Below, piece by piece: positions 1 to 9,442 of a stretch of DNA of 64,000 nt (the first letter of the stretch is position 1; each line of letters opens with the position of its first letter). The DNA comes from an uncultured delta proteobacterium. Lineage in GTDB: Bacteria; Desulfobacterota; Binatia; UBA9968. The stretch covers positions 1 to 64,000 of the forward strand of contig CAVWLW010000064.1 of NCBI GenBank assembly GCA_963755715.1, read 5' to 3'. The position numbers were made by a program, and so were the translations under genes. The notes below the pieces were generated by a model. The model saw only the letters and a list, made by a program, of their open reading frames with translations. It ran no database searches and had not been told where the DNA came from.

Positions 1-280
1 CCCTTTGCCTCGACCGTTATCCTGAATCACCCGAGCATCGTACTGCCGGGCAATAACGACAGTATCGTCCGACGAGTGTCCGTCAACTAAAGATGAGATC
101 ATCCGTGATGGGCCGCCCCGGATATCCCTCCACAACATCGCCTAAGGTCTCTTCTTCGTTCCGCGCAGGGATAACGATGCTGTAGGGAGGTAACGATTGA
201 TCCCACGTCAGTCGGTTATGAGTGGCGAACGAGTCGGCAACCCGGGAATCGACTTTCGGCGAAAGCGTTGTCATTGGCAC
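1..280 (-). CDS. Glycosyltransferase family 2, N-terminal part (frameshift ~90; runs off window)
   Basis: YSIVIPARNEEETL followed, after a 1-nt shift, by LVDGHSSDDTVVIARQYDARVIQDNGRGKG; RBS AAGGAG upstream. Confidence 0.8.
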
Positions 281-1055
281 TCTCCTTCAACTGCTTGATT
301 AGCACCTGGCACGTTGGCAGTGAGTCTTATTGAGTTTTACCCGTCGCGCGGTGGTTCCGCCCATTGGGATTTTGTTGGTTTAGCAACCAAAGACTAAGCA
401 AGAATGCCGAATAGAAGTACAAAATGGCAGTTACAACAGTCAGAGCGGCAATAGATACTGCGTTCCAGAAAGGTAATGTTTTAAATTTCGACATTCCCTG
501 TGGCGCTGAGGTAAGGAAGGTCAAAAGATGTCGTATCGAAGCTGCGAGTTCCTCACCCCAGCTGAAAGGAACACATGAGCACGGGTCGTGCCTTAAACTT
601 GACAGGACTTTGGAGAGATCTGGTCAACGCGCGGGAATTGAAGGCGGGTGAGGCGGACGGCAACTTTGCCTGAAACTTTTTATGCGGATGGAATCAGGTC
701 AATCGGGAGCCTCCTTCGAGTCAGATTGCCGCGCATTTGCGACGTAGCAATGTCAGTTGCCACAAAGTGTAAGTCTAATCGACTACCAAAAATGCCCACG
801 GTAATCGGTACTGTTCAAATCCTCACTTCTCTAACGTAATGGCACAATCCGTGCTCTTCCGGGTGCCGATCAAAGAGCGCACCGTGCGCTCAAAGTTGAC
901 GCAATGAACTGACATCCCAACGTGGTCACCAAGGGATATCAGGGAGCGAGTGGTGAAACCGGCAACAGATATTTTGTGCCATTTTTTTTGGTCTGTGATC
1001 AGACGAACTAAGACATTTCGATGATATTCGACATGAAAAAAAAGGAGAATCGACG

Positions 1056-2211
1056 GTGAAAACAACCAACAAAAAGTTTATCTTCGCATTTTTCCTGTTC
1101 GTTGCTGTTTGCAGCAGTGGCAAATTCAGCATTGGCAAAGGATGCAGTAGTGGCCGCAATCACAACGCCAATGGCTCCATCGAATCCGATTATCATCCAG
1201 AACGGAACCCAATACTCTCAAGGCACATACGCAATTGGCACGATTCAATTATTCTACACGGTTCCAGCTTATCAATTCCCGGCCGGCAACTTCGGTTATT
1301 TTACCCTCGACTTATCCATTCAGAGCGGCAAGAATACGCCCACAACCAACTATCCGGTAGTGCTGAGCCTCAAGCAGACGGGCTCGGCAAACTTAGATCT
1401 CGATCCAGTTACCGACAGCTTTAACGTCGACAATGTCAGCTGGCATGGTTCGACAAGAGTCGATATTAATATTCCTGCATCCGTAGCGAGTAACCCGTCA
1501 TTTCAGGTCGACGGATCGGAACTGGTTGCCAACCTTCAGATGGTCACGCAAAACCGGGCTAACCTGGATACCGTCACGACAATCCAGATTCATTTGATTT
1601 TGGCTCACCCCACCGACTGTCTAAAAGCCTATTCGTTTATCACCAACAATGATAACGCTGCTCAGGTCGATCCGATTCAAGTCTCAAAACAGAGTAATAA
1701 CCAGAAAGTATCGAGTAACCCTCAGAACCCGCATTATATTGTTGTCATGACAAACACCTGCAGTGTTGCGCAGTGTGTCGATAGTCGGTTTGGACTCAAC
1801 AACGATTTTGAGCTAAAGGGAGCTCAAGCTGTGAAAACTTTCTCGTCAAACTCACTAATCGACACGTTTTCAGGGTTATTGACCTTTATCAGTGGTAGTC
1901 CGGTTGCTGATCCCCACGGAACTTCGATGTGCCTAACTGCTCCAGCGAGCACGCTTTGTGGTTCAGGTGGTATTCCTGTTATTGGTGGTGAGAGTTTCCT
2001 GATGAAAGCGGATATTGCGATCAAGTCCACCGCTTCTTTCCCGCCGCCGGCTCAATACACCGGCTTCGATACGGTCCTGCTCGATGGCGGGTCTACCACC
2101 AACTGTACGGTTCCCGGAAACTTGAACTCTGTGGCTGATCCGAACCCGATTTCCGTAGAACTCAATACCCAATGCGTAAGTGGCTCAGGTAAAGTGTCGT
2201 GCACGCCGTGA
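1056..2211 (+). CDS. Secreted beta-rich hypothetical protein (frameshift ~1097 within the signal peptide)
   Basis: RBS AAGGAG then GTG MKTTNKKFIFAF joins LLFAAVANSALA-KD; 369-aa ORF rich in T/S/N with C-terminal Cys residues; followed by a terminator. Confidence 0.7.
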
Positions 2212-2245
2212 GGAAACGCACATCATTTGAGATCGTCTACTTACC

Positions 2246-2275
2246 AGCGGCAGGGCCAACGGCCCTGCCGCTTTT
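2246..2275 (+). terminator. Rho-independent terminator
   Basis: AGCGGCAGGGCC-AAC-GGCCCTGCCGCT hairpin followed by Ts, ~35 nt after the stop at 2211. Confidence 0.8.
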
Positions 2276-2370
2276 GCTGGTCCCACCAATTTTGAATTCC
2301 ACCAAGGCACCTCAACCGATCAACTAAGATACGATCGACAGGCCTTTCAAGGTTAACAATCTATCTTCCG

Positions 2371-2526
2371 ACTTTTACTTTAGACTTTCTTGCTTTCTGT
2401 TTCGTCCATCCCACAAAGGCTTTTGAATTCAACTGCACAACTTCTTGCTCGCGGTCGCGCAGAGCACGGAGCTTGGCCCAGGCGATTTGCGGATGGACGC
2501 GGTCGCCGACGCCGCAGTCGATGCTG
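2371..2526 (-). repeat. Decayed 3' end of a cobalamin-independent methionine synthase II-family gene plus downstream DNA, copy A
   Basis: Minus strand reads IDCGVGDRVHPQIAWAKLRALRD...ASKKLCS*; aligns with 3384-3552 and 7254-7397. Confidence 0.75.
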
Positions 2527-2659
2527 CGCTGTTCCTACACCAAAATCGCCACCGGCTTGGCTGACGGCACGTTTTCGGACTGGCGTTAGAATGATGGCAT
2601 TCGCGGCGAACCTTCATGTTTTCGTAATTCCGAAAACCTGAAAATGAATGGCCGTTGGA

Positions 2660-2983
2660 CTATGCGGCTCGCGAGGTCGTGATAATCTGAGATAGCTCGC
2701 GCTCCGACGCTCCGAGACTGATAAGAGAGCGGATTAGGAGGTCCAAGGAAACCGACGGATCGCCGGCTTCCATCTTGGCGACGCGCGATTGGCTCGACTG
2801 AAGTTTTGCCGCGAGATCTAGCTGCGACAGTCCCTTTTCTTGCCGTCGTCTTCGCAATCCCGCCGCAAGCCGGATCTTCAGTTCGATATAGGCAGAATCC
2901 TCGTCGGAAAGACTCAAAAATTCTTTGACGGAGCCGACTTTCCAACCCTTCGCTGCTAAACGCGTTTTCTTTTGCTTATGCAT
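2660..2983 (-). CDS. XRE/HigA-like HTH antitoxin
   Basis: RRRQEKGLSQLDLAAKLQSSQSRVAKMEAGD helix-turn-helix; overlaps the toxin stop. Confidence 0.88.
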   Translation of the reverse strand: MHKQKKTRLAAKGWKVGSVKEFLSLSDEDSAYIELKIRLAAGLRRRRQEKGLSQLDLAAKLQSSQSRVAKMEAGDPSVSLDLLIRSLISLGASERELSQIITTSRAA

Positions 2984-3312
2984 TATCGTATTCCCTTAGT
3001 CGTCTTTTGCAGACGTCAATAATCGTTTTAGGCATGGTTCTGCTCTTTTTGCTGAAGACTTCTAAAATGACGATCGCATCAGAATCGATCCGATAGATGA
3101 TCCGCCACGTCGTTCGCTCGTCGTTGATCCGCAATTCATGGCATCGCGGACCAATCGATGGCAGCGGTCGAGAATGAGGCATGCCGAGCGTTTCGCCCCG
3201 TTGTAGCCTCCGAAGCAAATATCCCGCTTCCAATCGCGCTGCCTGCGACAACGGCGGGGTTTTGATTTCCCCTTCTAGCCAGACGAGCGGTTTATCTTTC
3301 TCCCGAAGTCAC
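2976..3312 (-). CDS. RelE/HigB-like toxin (apparent frameshift just after the GTG start)
   Basis: KDKPLVWLEGEIKTPPLSQAARLEAG...PHSRPLPSIGPRCHELRI...WRIIYRID...LEVFSKKS; toxin-first order. Confidence 0.85.
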
Positions 3313-3319
3313 CGATGCA

Positions 3320-3348
3320 ACTGTATGTCAAATTTGACATGCCGTCAA
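3320..3348 (-). promoter_or_regulatory. Sigma70 promoter of the TA operon with a palindromic operator
   Basis: TTGACG-17 nt-TACAGT, 7 nt before GTG; perfect palindrome ATGTCAAATTTGACAT (3325-3340) fills the spacer. Confidence 0.75.
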
Positions 3349-3383
3349 CGGTGAGGCCCGGTTAAGAGGGAATTAAGGGTCAA

Positions 3384-3552
3384 ACTTTTATTTCTAGACT
3401 TTCTTGTTTTTGTTTCGTTCATTCCGCACGGGCACTTTTGAATTCAACTCCACAACTTCTTGCTCGCGATCGCGGTGCCGGCGCGCCAAGCGCGTAGCTT
3501 GACGCAGGCGATTTGCGGGCGGACGCGGCCGGCTAGGCCGCAATCAGTGGAC
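3384..3552 (-). repeat. Methionine synthase II-family 3' remnant, copy B
   Basis: STDCGLAGRVRPQIACVKLRAWRAGTAIASKKLWS* plus the shared ~55-nt downstream tail. Confidence 0.75.
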
Positions 3553-3705
3553 GTGGGTCGGTCGACTGCCGTGCTCGTGTTCGTGGTTCGCCCGGACGGA
3601 AGAGCATCTCGGCAAAACGCGTTCATTTGTCACCCTCGTGGTTAGGAAGTCAAAAAGCTTCGCCGATCATTGCCGGTCATCCTTTAGAACCAGATGTCTG
3701 TGATC

Positions 3706-4854
3706 TCATAAGGAAGGTCGCGTAACCAGCGGATGGCCTATTACGTAGTGCAACAAGAGTTCGAGCGCGATGAGCGTCAAAGACGCCGCTGCCAAGCCGG
3801 CCGCAAGCCGAACGTGGCGCCGTTCCTGGGGTGTCATCTCAAGGCACGAGCGACGGGCTATGCAGTCGCGGCGCATGCGGCGTTGACGCTCGAGTGAGAC
3901 CAGGACGATGGAAGCAATTAAGGTCGATACGATGAGGAGCGGCACGCGGGCGGGGCTGCTGTCGAACCAGCGTGCGAGAGCATAAAGCGCACCCGCCGAG
4001 CCCCCACCGAAGACAAGCACCAGTGCGGCGGCAATATTGCTCCCCAGGCAGCCGCTGCCGAGGAAGGCTAGCGTCACAACGCTCCAGTTCATCGCCGGCC
4101 GATCTTCAGGCATCCACGAGACAGCCGAGAGCACAGAACGCGGCTTGCCGTTCAAGCGATAGGCCACAGTGCGTTGCGGGAAGCCCTTGAGGACGAGCGT
4201 CTCGGCTGGGACGCCGGGATAGGCTGACGCTACCTCTCTATAGACATCCTGTGACACGAGTATTTCGGTGGGCCCGGCTTGCGCCTGCAGGCGCGCGGCC
4301 TGGTTAACGACGTCGCCGATAGCCGTATAATCCTTGATGTCGTCTGAGCCCAGCCGCCCGACACGAGCAAACCCCGAGGCTATGCCGATCGACGCCTGCA
4401 GGGGCATGCCCAGACGTTCGGAAAGTTCGGGAAGAAGCTGTTGGAGCTTTGCAGACGCCGCGACCGCAGCCGCCGCATGGTCGGCGCGTTTTATAGGAAC
4501 GTTGAATAAGGCCATCACCGCATCGCCGATGTATTTGTCGATAAAGGCTCCGTGGCTCATCAGTGTGGTCGAAGCCAGGCGCAGGAACTCATCGACCACT
4601 GAGTAGGTGGTCGTTGCCCCGAGGCGGCCCGTCATCTCCGTAAAAGAGGAGAGATCGGCGAAGACCACCGTCATCTCCACGAGGCGGCCCTCCTCTAGGT
4701 GGGCGCCGCACTGTGTGCAGCAATTAGAGTTACGCGGGCTTCGACGAATGCCTCGCCACCTCAAGAAAACGGCGGTCAAGCCCACGAGCGGAATGCCGCA
4801 GACCAGGCAGTTGGCGGCGAGCGACGGAGTTTTGGTTTCTAAAGGCGCGCTCAT
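3706..4854 (-). CDS. Class III adenylate cyclase with N-terminal Cys motif and C-terminal membrane domain
   Basis: VVFADLSSFT, DKYIGDAVMALF, DYTAIGDVVNQAARLQ; CLVC...CCTQC at the N-terminus; ~3 hydrophobic helices at the C-terminus. Confidence 0.88.
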   Translation of the reverse strand: MSAPLETKTPSLAANCLVCGIPLVGLTAVFLRWRGIRRSPRNSNCCTQCGAHLEEGRLVEMTVVFADLSSFTEMTGRLGATTTYSVVDEFLRLASTTLMSHGAFIDKYIGDAVMALFNVPIKRADHAAAAVAASAKLQQLLPELSERLGMPLQASIGIASGFARVGRLGSDDIKDYTAIGDVVNQAARLQAQAGPTEILVSQDVYREVASAYPGVPAETLVLKGFPQRTVAYRLNGKPRSVLSAVSWMPEDRPAMNWSVVTLAFLGSGCLGSNIAAALVLVFGGGSAGALYALARWFDSSPARVPLLIVSTLIASIVLVSLERQRRMRRDCIARRSCLEMTPQERRHVRLAAGLAAASLTLIALELLLHYVIGHPLVTRPSL

Positions 4855-4890
4855 TGCAACGTATCCGATTTCGTTTTGCTGCCGTGTGAC

Positions 4891-4953
4891 CTTAAGTCTG
4901 AACAGATGAGCCCGGCGAGCGACGCGACGGTTGGGCCCATCGGTTTGTTAGCT
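4891..4953 (-). mobile_element. Degenerate attC-like site
   Basis: AGCTAAC-AAACC-GATGGGCC...GGCTCATC; R' box is poor. Confidence 0.4.
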
Positions 4954-5148
4954 GATCACTGTGACCGATACATTCTTATCAGTGATTCATACGATTTAGA
5001 AAGAATAGGATCCGGCATAACAATCATTACGAACTTGGCGGGGGTTGATCGGGCAAAGGGAGACGAAGTGAAGAGCAGCACCGCCACGCGCGTGCTCGCC
5101 CAAAGCAAAAAAGACCCGCGGCTAGTGAATTCAAAAAGACGAAAAAAA

Positions 5149-5195
5149 TGTGGCCAGAAACAGAATCGAACTGCCGACACGAGGATTTTCAGTCC
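5149..5195 (-). pseudogene. tRNA-Phe(GAA) 3' half (att-site remnant)
   Basis: GGACTGAAAATCCTCGTGTCGGCAGTTCGATTCTGTTTCTGGCCACA gives anticodon arm, T arm and 3' acceptor strand; no D arm or 5' acceptor strand. Confidence 0.85.
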
Positions 5196-5292
5196 CGCGA
5201 TGGTGGCGGGACTAGGTGCCGCTATCGGTCGTCATCTAAATGGATCCAAGAGTCTGGAGGCCGATCACTTGTCCCTTTTCACACTGGCACGC

Positions 5293-6375
5293 TTAACCCT
5301 CGGTCCCAATGCTTTTAAGCGCTACTTGAGCCTTTTCTGCTATTGCAGTCGGAAGCTGTATATACCCGAGCTCGGAAGCATAGCGCTGGCCGTCCCGCAG
5401 AGACCATTGAAAAAGCTCTTGCAAAGCCTTCGCCGTTGCGGGGTCTTGGTATTTCTTGCGCAGTAAAATCCAGGAAAAAGTTACGATCGGGTAAGATTCT
5501 TTGCCTGTAGGATCAGGGACAAAAACACGAAAATTCTCTGGCACTTCAGCTGCCGCCAATGCCGCGCGGCAACTCTCTGGCCGCGGCTTTAAAAACTTGC
5601 CTTCCTTGTTTTCGAGCGCGGCGGTATCCAATCCAATTTTTCGCGCAAACTCGTATCCAACATATCCGACCCTTCCGTCGGATCCTGCAATGGCGCCCGC
5701 CACTCCCTGATTCCCCTTCGCTCGGATCGGATTGCCCGGCCATTTGACAAGCATCGCGGCACTGAACTGCTGGTGCCACCTTTCGCTAATGGCATCGAGA
5801 TTTTTTGTAAACGCGAATGTCGTACCACTGGCGTCCTGGCGAACCACCGGTGAAATGGCCATGTCGGGAAGCTTGGCCCCCGGATTAGTTTGCACGATCA
5901 GTGGGTCATTCCACTTTTTAATCTCGCCATTAAAGATTCCTGCGTATGCGCGGCGCGAGAGTTTGAGGTCGCCTTGAAAGCCCGTCAAGTTGTACGCCAC
6001 TGCGACGCATCCAGCAGTAACAGGGACCATCAACACATTGTTATCAGCGTTGGCAATCTCCTCGTCCGACATGGCGGCATCGCTGGCGCCAAAATCGACC
6101 TTTTCTCCATCAGTAATCTTTTCCCCAATAAAACGGCGAACGCCTTCTCCGCTACCGACAGCCGCGTACGTAATGGCAACCTTCGGGTTGTGATCGTGAT
6201 AGACCACGAGCCAGCGATTGTAGAGGACTGATGGGAACGTCGCGCCTGCGCCAGTCAGCGCGATTGAGTTCGTGGAACCCTTTGCTTGCGCCTCCGGTCG
6301 AGAGCGAGAACAAGCGGCCAGAAGGGGCACTAAAATGAGCAAAGCCAACGGGGCTAGTCGAAACGATCGAAGCAT
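5293..6375 (-). CDS. pstS: Phosphate ABC transporter substrate-binding lipoprotein
   Basis: LAAC lipobox; GAGATFP, GSGEG, DFGASD, RQDASGTT, YPIVTFSW. Confidence 0.93.
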   Translation of the reverse strand: MLRSFRLAPLALLILVPLLAACSRSRPEAQAKGSTNSIALTGAGATFPSVLYNRWLVVYHDHNPKVAITYAAVGSGEGVRRFIGEKITDGEKVDFGASDAAMSDEEIANADNNVLMVPVTAGCVAVAYNLTGFQGDLKLSRRAYAGIFNGEIKKWNDPLIVQTNPGAKLPDMAISPVVRQDASGTTFAFTKNLDAISERWHQQFSAAMLVKWPGNPIRAKGNQGVAGAIAGSDGRVGYVGYEFARKIGLDTAALENKEGKFLKPRPESCRAALAAAEVPENFRVFVPDPTGKESYPIVTFSWILLRKKYQDPATAKALQELFQWSLRDGQRYASELGYIQLPTAIAEKAQVALKSIGTEG

Positions 6376-6381
6376 ATTTGG

Positions 6382-7014
6382 TCAGTAAAGCTCGGTTTTC
6401 AGGCGCTCGGCATATTTCTCGTTATACTCCCTGGCGTAGGCAGCATCCTTGCCGTCGCGCGCGGCGGCGAAGTCGCCGTGGCTCGGCGCGCCGCTCGGCC
6501 GCGCCATTGCATCCCACAGCTTCGCCCGCACGAAGGCTTTGGGACAGTGATTGAAGGCTTCATCGACATTGACGACCATGACCACGCGCGGCGGCTTGCC
6601 GCGCATCTCGAATCGCTTCAGCAACTCCGGGTCCGTGCTGATCGTCGCACTGCCCGTCACGCGGTAGGTTTCGTTCGATCCCGGGACCATAAAGATAATC
6701 CCGACTTTCGGGTTGACGAGCAGGTTCTTCATCCCGTCGATGCGGTTGTTGCCCGGCCGGTCAGGGATCAGCAGTGTGCGGTCGTTGAGCAGCTGGACGA
6801 AGCCCGGCGCATCGCCCTTGGGCGAACAGTCGATACTATTCCCGTTCGAGGTCGCGAGCACCAGGAACGGTGATGCCGCGATGAAGGCGCGACCGACCTC
6901 GGTGATGTGGTCGGTTTCCTTGGTGGCGATGTGGGGCAACGGCGTGGCATAAACCTTCGCTAAGTCGTCCAGTGAAGTAACGGTGTAGGCGTCGTTCCGG
7001 TCTATCGTATCCAT
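6382..7014 (-). CDS. Pyridoxamine 5'-phosphate oxidase-like FMN-binding protein
   Basis: FIAASPFLVLAT, DCSPKGDAPGFV, IPDRPGNNRID, HCPKAFVRAKLW. Confidence 0.88.
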   Translation of the reverse strand: MDTIDRNDAYTVTSLDDLAKVYATPLPHIATKETDHITEVGRAFIAASPFLVLATSNGNSIDCSPKGDAPGFVQLLNDRTLLIPDRPGNNRIDGMKNLLVNPKVGIIFMVPGSNETYRVTGSATISTDPELLKRFEMRGKPPRVVMVVNVDEAFNHCPKAFVRAKLWDAMARPSGAPSHGDFAAARDGKDAAYAREYNEKYAERLKTELY

Positions 7015-7253
7015 GTCGTATTCCCCCTTTGGTCGGTGACGGTGGCAGTACTCTTCGTTGGAGTGTTCAATATTCTAGCTAACCGATACTTGTCAACATT
7101 TGAATTTGCGGCGGCGAATCCGCCAATTCACAGGAAAATCCGGCGTTCTCTCTGCTATCCTAGGAATGTCGAACGCCGTCTTCCGGGACGAAGATCCAGG
7201 TTCGAATCTTTTACCTTTGATATTGCTCCACGTGCTGGAGATAAGCGTCGACC

Positions 7254-7397
7254 TAGACGCTCGGACGTTTCGTTCTCGTTCATCCCGCACACGCACTTTT
7301 GAATTCAACTTCACAATTTCCTGCTGACGATCACCGCGCCGTCTCGCAGGGCGCGCAGCTTGGCCCCATTGCAATTTGCGAATGGACGCGGCGCCCG
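7254..7397 (-). repeat. Methionine synthase II-family 3' remnant, copy C
   Basis: ...AKLRALRDGAVIVSRKL* plus the shared tail; joined directly to a truncated NmrA-like gene. Confidence 0.7.
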
Positions 7398-7399
7398 AG

Positions 7400-7770
7400 G
7401 AACCGGCGAGGCCTTGATCAGATTCTCCTGGGCCAGCTTCGCGCGGAAGTAACCACTGGCGAGCAGGCGGTCGGTGCCGACGACCGACAGCGCCACGTGA
7501 TGTCCGACGCCTGCGGCTGCTTCCGCGGGGAGGAGATTGCGACCCGATTTTTCGAAGAACTCCAAAACGGCCTTGTCCTCGAACGACGGCGAGTTCGCCA
7601 CATCGACGACCACGTGAGCGCCCGCAACCGCTTGCGCCAGTCCCTCGCCAGTGACGGCGTTGACACCCGATCGATGGTGATGCCGCCACCACCTCGTGGC
7701 CTTGCTGACGAAGGTTCTGCACGAGCTTTTTTCCGATGAGTCCGCTGCCGCCGATGACGACAATTTTCAT
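7400..7770 (-). pseudogene. NmrA/atypical SDR NAD(P)-binding protein, 3'-truncated and frameshifted
   Basis: MKIVVIGGSGLIG...SPS/GVNAVTGEGL...ALSVVGTDRL...YFRAKLAQENLIKAS, then breaks into repeat copy C. Confidence 0.8.
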
Positions 7771-7920
7771 GTTGTTCTCCTAATTTGATGGTTGCTCACT
7801 GCGTGGAAATTCTCGGTGCGCGCTCAGTCGCCGCGCTCGAATTCGTGTTCGTATAGCGTGTTCGTGCTCGTGTGAATTTCACGGTCACGTTCACGAACAC
7901 GACCACGATCCATGCCACAA

Positions 7921-8611
7921 CTACTCCTTTTTCAGATAGTTTTTTTCCAAGAATTCGGACCTGAAATTTTGCGGCGGAGTGGGAATGTCTGGCCGACCCT
8001 CTGGCGTAAAGTCCATGAGATTCCAATACGGCCACACCGTATCGACATGATTCGCCGACAGTTCAGTTCCCCAGAAATGAAAAATCTTTCCATCCTGCCT
8101 CCTGAATACATGCATCACGGGCCATTGCATATCATCGGAGTCTCCCTGGCATTTGTAATCGGCTTGATAGGCAGACTCCGATCCGGAAACCAGCGCGATC
8201 TGCGACCATCCACGTTGTTTGGCCCACGCATTGATTCGATCGGCCGGGGCTTTGGCAATCGCGACAAACGCGGCATCTCGCGTGACCTGATACCAGGTGC
8301 GATCAAAGCCATCGACCAGCGACGTACAGGAAGGACAGGGATGGTCCCAGTTCGGACCGAACATGAATGAATAAAGCAGCAGCGTGTTTTTGTCTCCAAA
8401 CAGCTCGGAGAATTTCACACTCTTGCCTACTTTCCCATCGTTGGCCCATTGGAAGACGTAGTCCTCTTTCAACTGCCCGCCGAGAGGGAGATTGCGGCGT
8501 TTTTCTGCCACAGCTTTTACTTTGCCGACAAGCTCTTGTTCGTCTTTGAGCAATGCAGTCGCGCGCATCGCGATACTCTCTGCTTTCGTTTGGATACCGT
8601 AGTTCACTCAT
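7921..8611 (-). CDS. DUF899 (thioredoxin-like) protein (frameshift ~8557)
   Basis: MSELRYPNESREYRDAR joins ALLKDEQEL; FMFGPNWDHPCPSCTS; WNLMDFTPEGR. Confidence 0.85.
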
Positions 8612-8653
8612 GTTCGTCTCCTCTTTGAAACTAGTATTCGAGTGTACCCTGCC

Positions 8654-8723
8654 GCCAAACGAACAAGCTCAGCCGCGTTTTGGCCGAAAGGCCAAAAACG
8701 TCGGCTGGAGCGCCTTGTTGGGG
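8654..8723 (-). mobile_element. Integron attC site
   Basis: CCCCAAC-AAGGC-GCTCCAGC...TTTTGGCC-TTTC-GGCCAAAA...GCTGAGC-TTGTTC-GTTTGGC, with an extra-helical base in L''; 20 nt after the DUF1801 stop. Confidence 0.85.
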
Positions 8724-8742
8724 CTCGACTACACGACGCCCC

Positions 8743-9180
8743 TCAAGCGCTCTTTGGTCTCTTCTGAGAGCGGACGGGGCGAGCGGTAGCTCGCACCGAC
8801 GCGTTCAGTGCCACGGCGGCGCGAATAAGAGCCTTCAATGCCTCCTCGTCAATCTTCTCGCCCTCGTGGAAGTCGATGGCACGCCTGGTGTTGCCTTCGA
8901 GGCTGGAGTTGAAGAGGCCTGAAGGGTCCTCCAACGAGGCGCCTTTGGCGAAGGTCATCTTCACGACATTCTTGTACGTCTCACCGGTGCAGATCATTCC
9001 GGCGTGCGACCACACCGGAACCCCTCTCCACTTCCACTCCTCGACCACCTCGGGGTCGGCTTGCTTGATCAATGTGCGGAGCTGAGAGAGCATCTTGCCC
9101 CGCCAGTCGCCCAGCTCCTTGATCCTCTCGTCTATCATCCGGGATGGAGACTTTCCTTTCTGAGACCCGCTCTTCCTCAT
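8743..9180 (-). CDS. DUF1801 (YdhG-like) protein
   Basis: IKELGDWRGKML, EEWKWRGVPVWSHAG, TFAKGASLEDPSGLFNSSLEGNTRRAID. Confidence 0.9.
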   Translation of the reverse strand: MRKSGSQKGKSPSRMIDERIKELGDWRGKMLSQLRTLIKQADPEVVEEWKWRGVPVWSHAGMICTGETYKNVVKMTFAKGASLEDPSGLFNSSLEGNTRRAIDFHEGEKIDEEALKALIRAAVALNASVRATARPVRSQKRPKSA

Positions 9181-9322
9181 GATGTTTCTTTCTTTCCGTT
9201 CCTTTTGTTTCTTGCGGCTCACGTTAGGCATCACAGGGCTCCGACAAATGGGGATCACGGCTCACGTGCTGATTCTGATGCGCCATGATTGCAGTGCGCG
9301 ACCCCAGGATGACGTCCGTTCT

Positions 9323-9416
9323 GCCTAACCGTTCACGTTCAGCGGGGCCGCGAACGGTATTCAAAGATACCATGAAAACTGCGCTTCGCTGCCTCCGCTG
9401 GAACGTGTTGTTAGGC
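9323..9416 (-). mobile_element. Integron attC site
   Basis: GCCTAAC-AACAC-GTTCCAGC...GCTGAAC-GTGAACG-GTTAGGC; ~27 nt after the SDR stop. Confidence 0.88.
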
Positions 9417-9442
9417 GTCAATCAAAGGGTTATAGCCAAGAC

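Noticed and set aside
327-524. 65-aa hydrophobic ORF
   Set aside because: It has no clear RBS or family match; it could be a gene remnant but cannot be supported
829-902. attC-like hairpin CTCTAAC...GTTGAC
   Set aside because: L-box pairing is poor, orientation is opposite to the other sites, and it does not follow a gene
5149-5225. Complete tRNA gene
   Set aside because: There is no D arm or 5' acceptor strand, and the CCA end is degraded
7093-7330. Rnk/GreA-like phrase EIVKLNSKVRVRD
   Set aside because: It is an off-frame reading of the methionine-synthase remnant tail; the other frame gives a longer family match across all three copies
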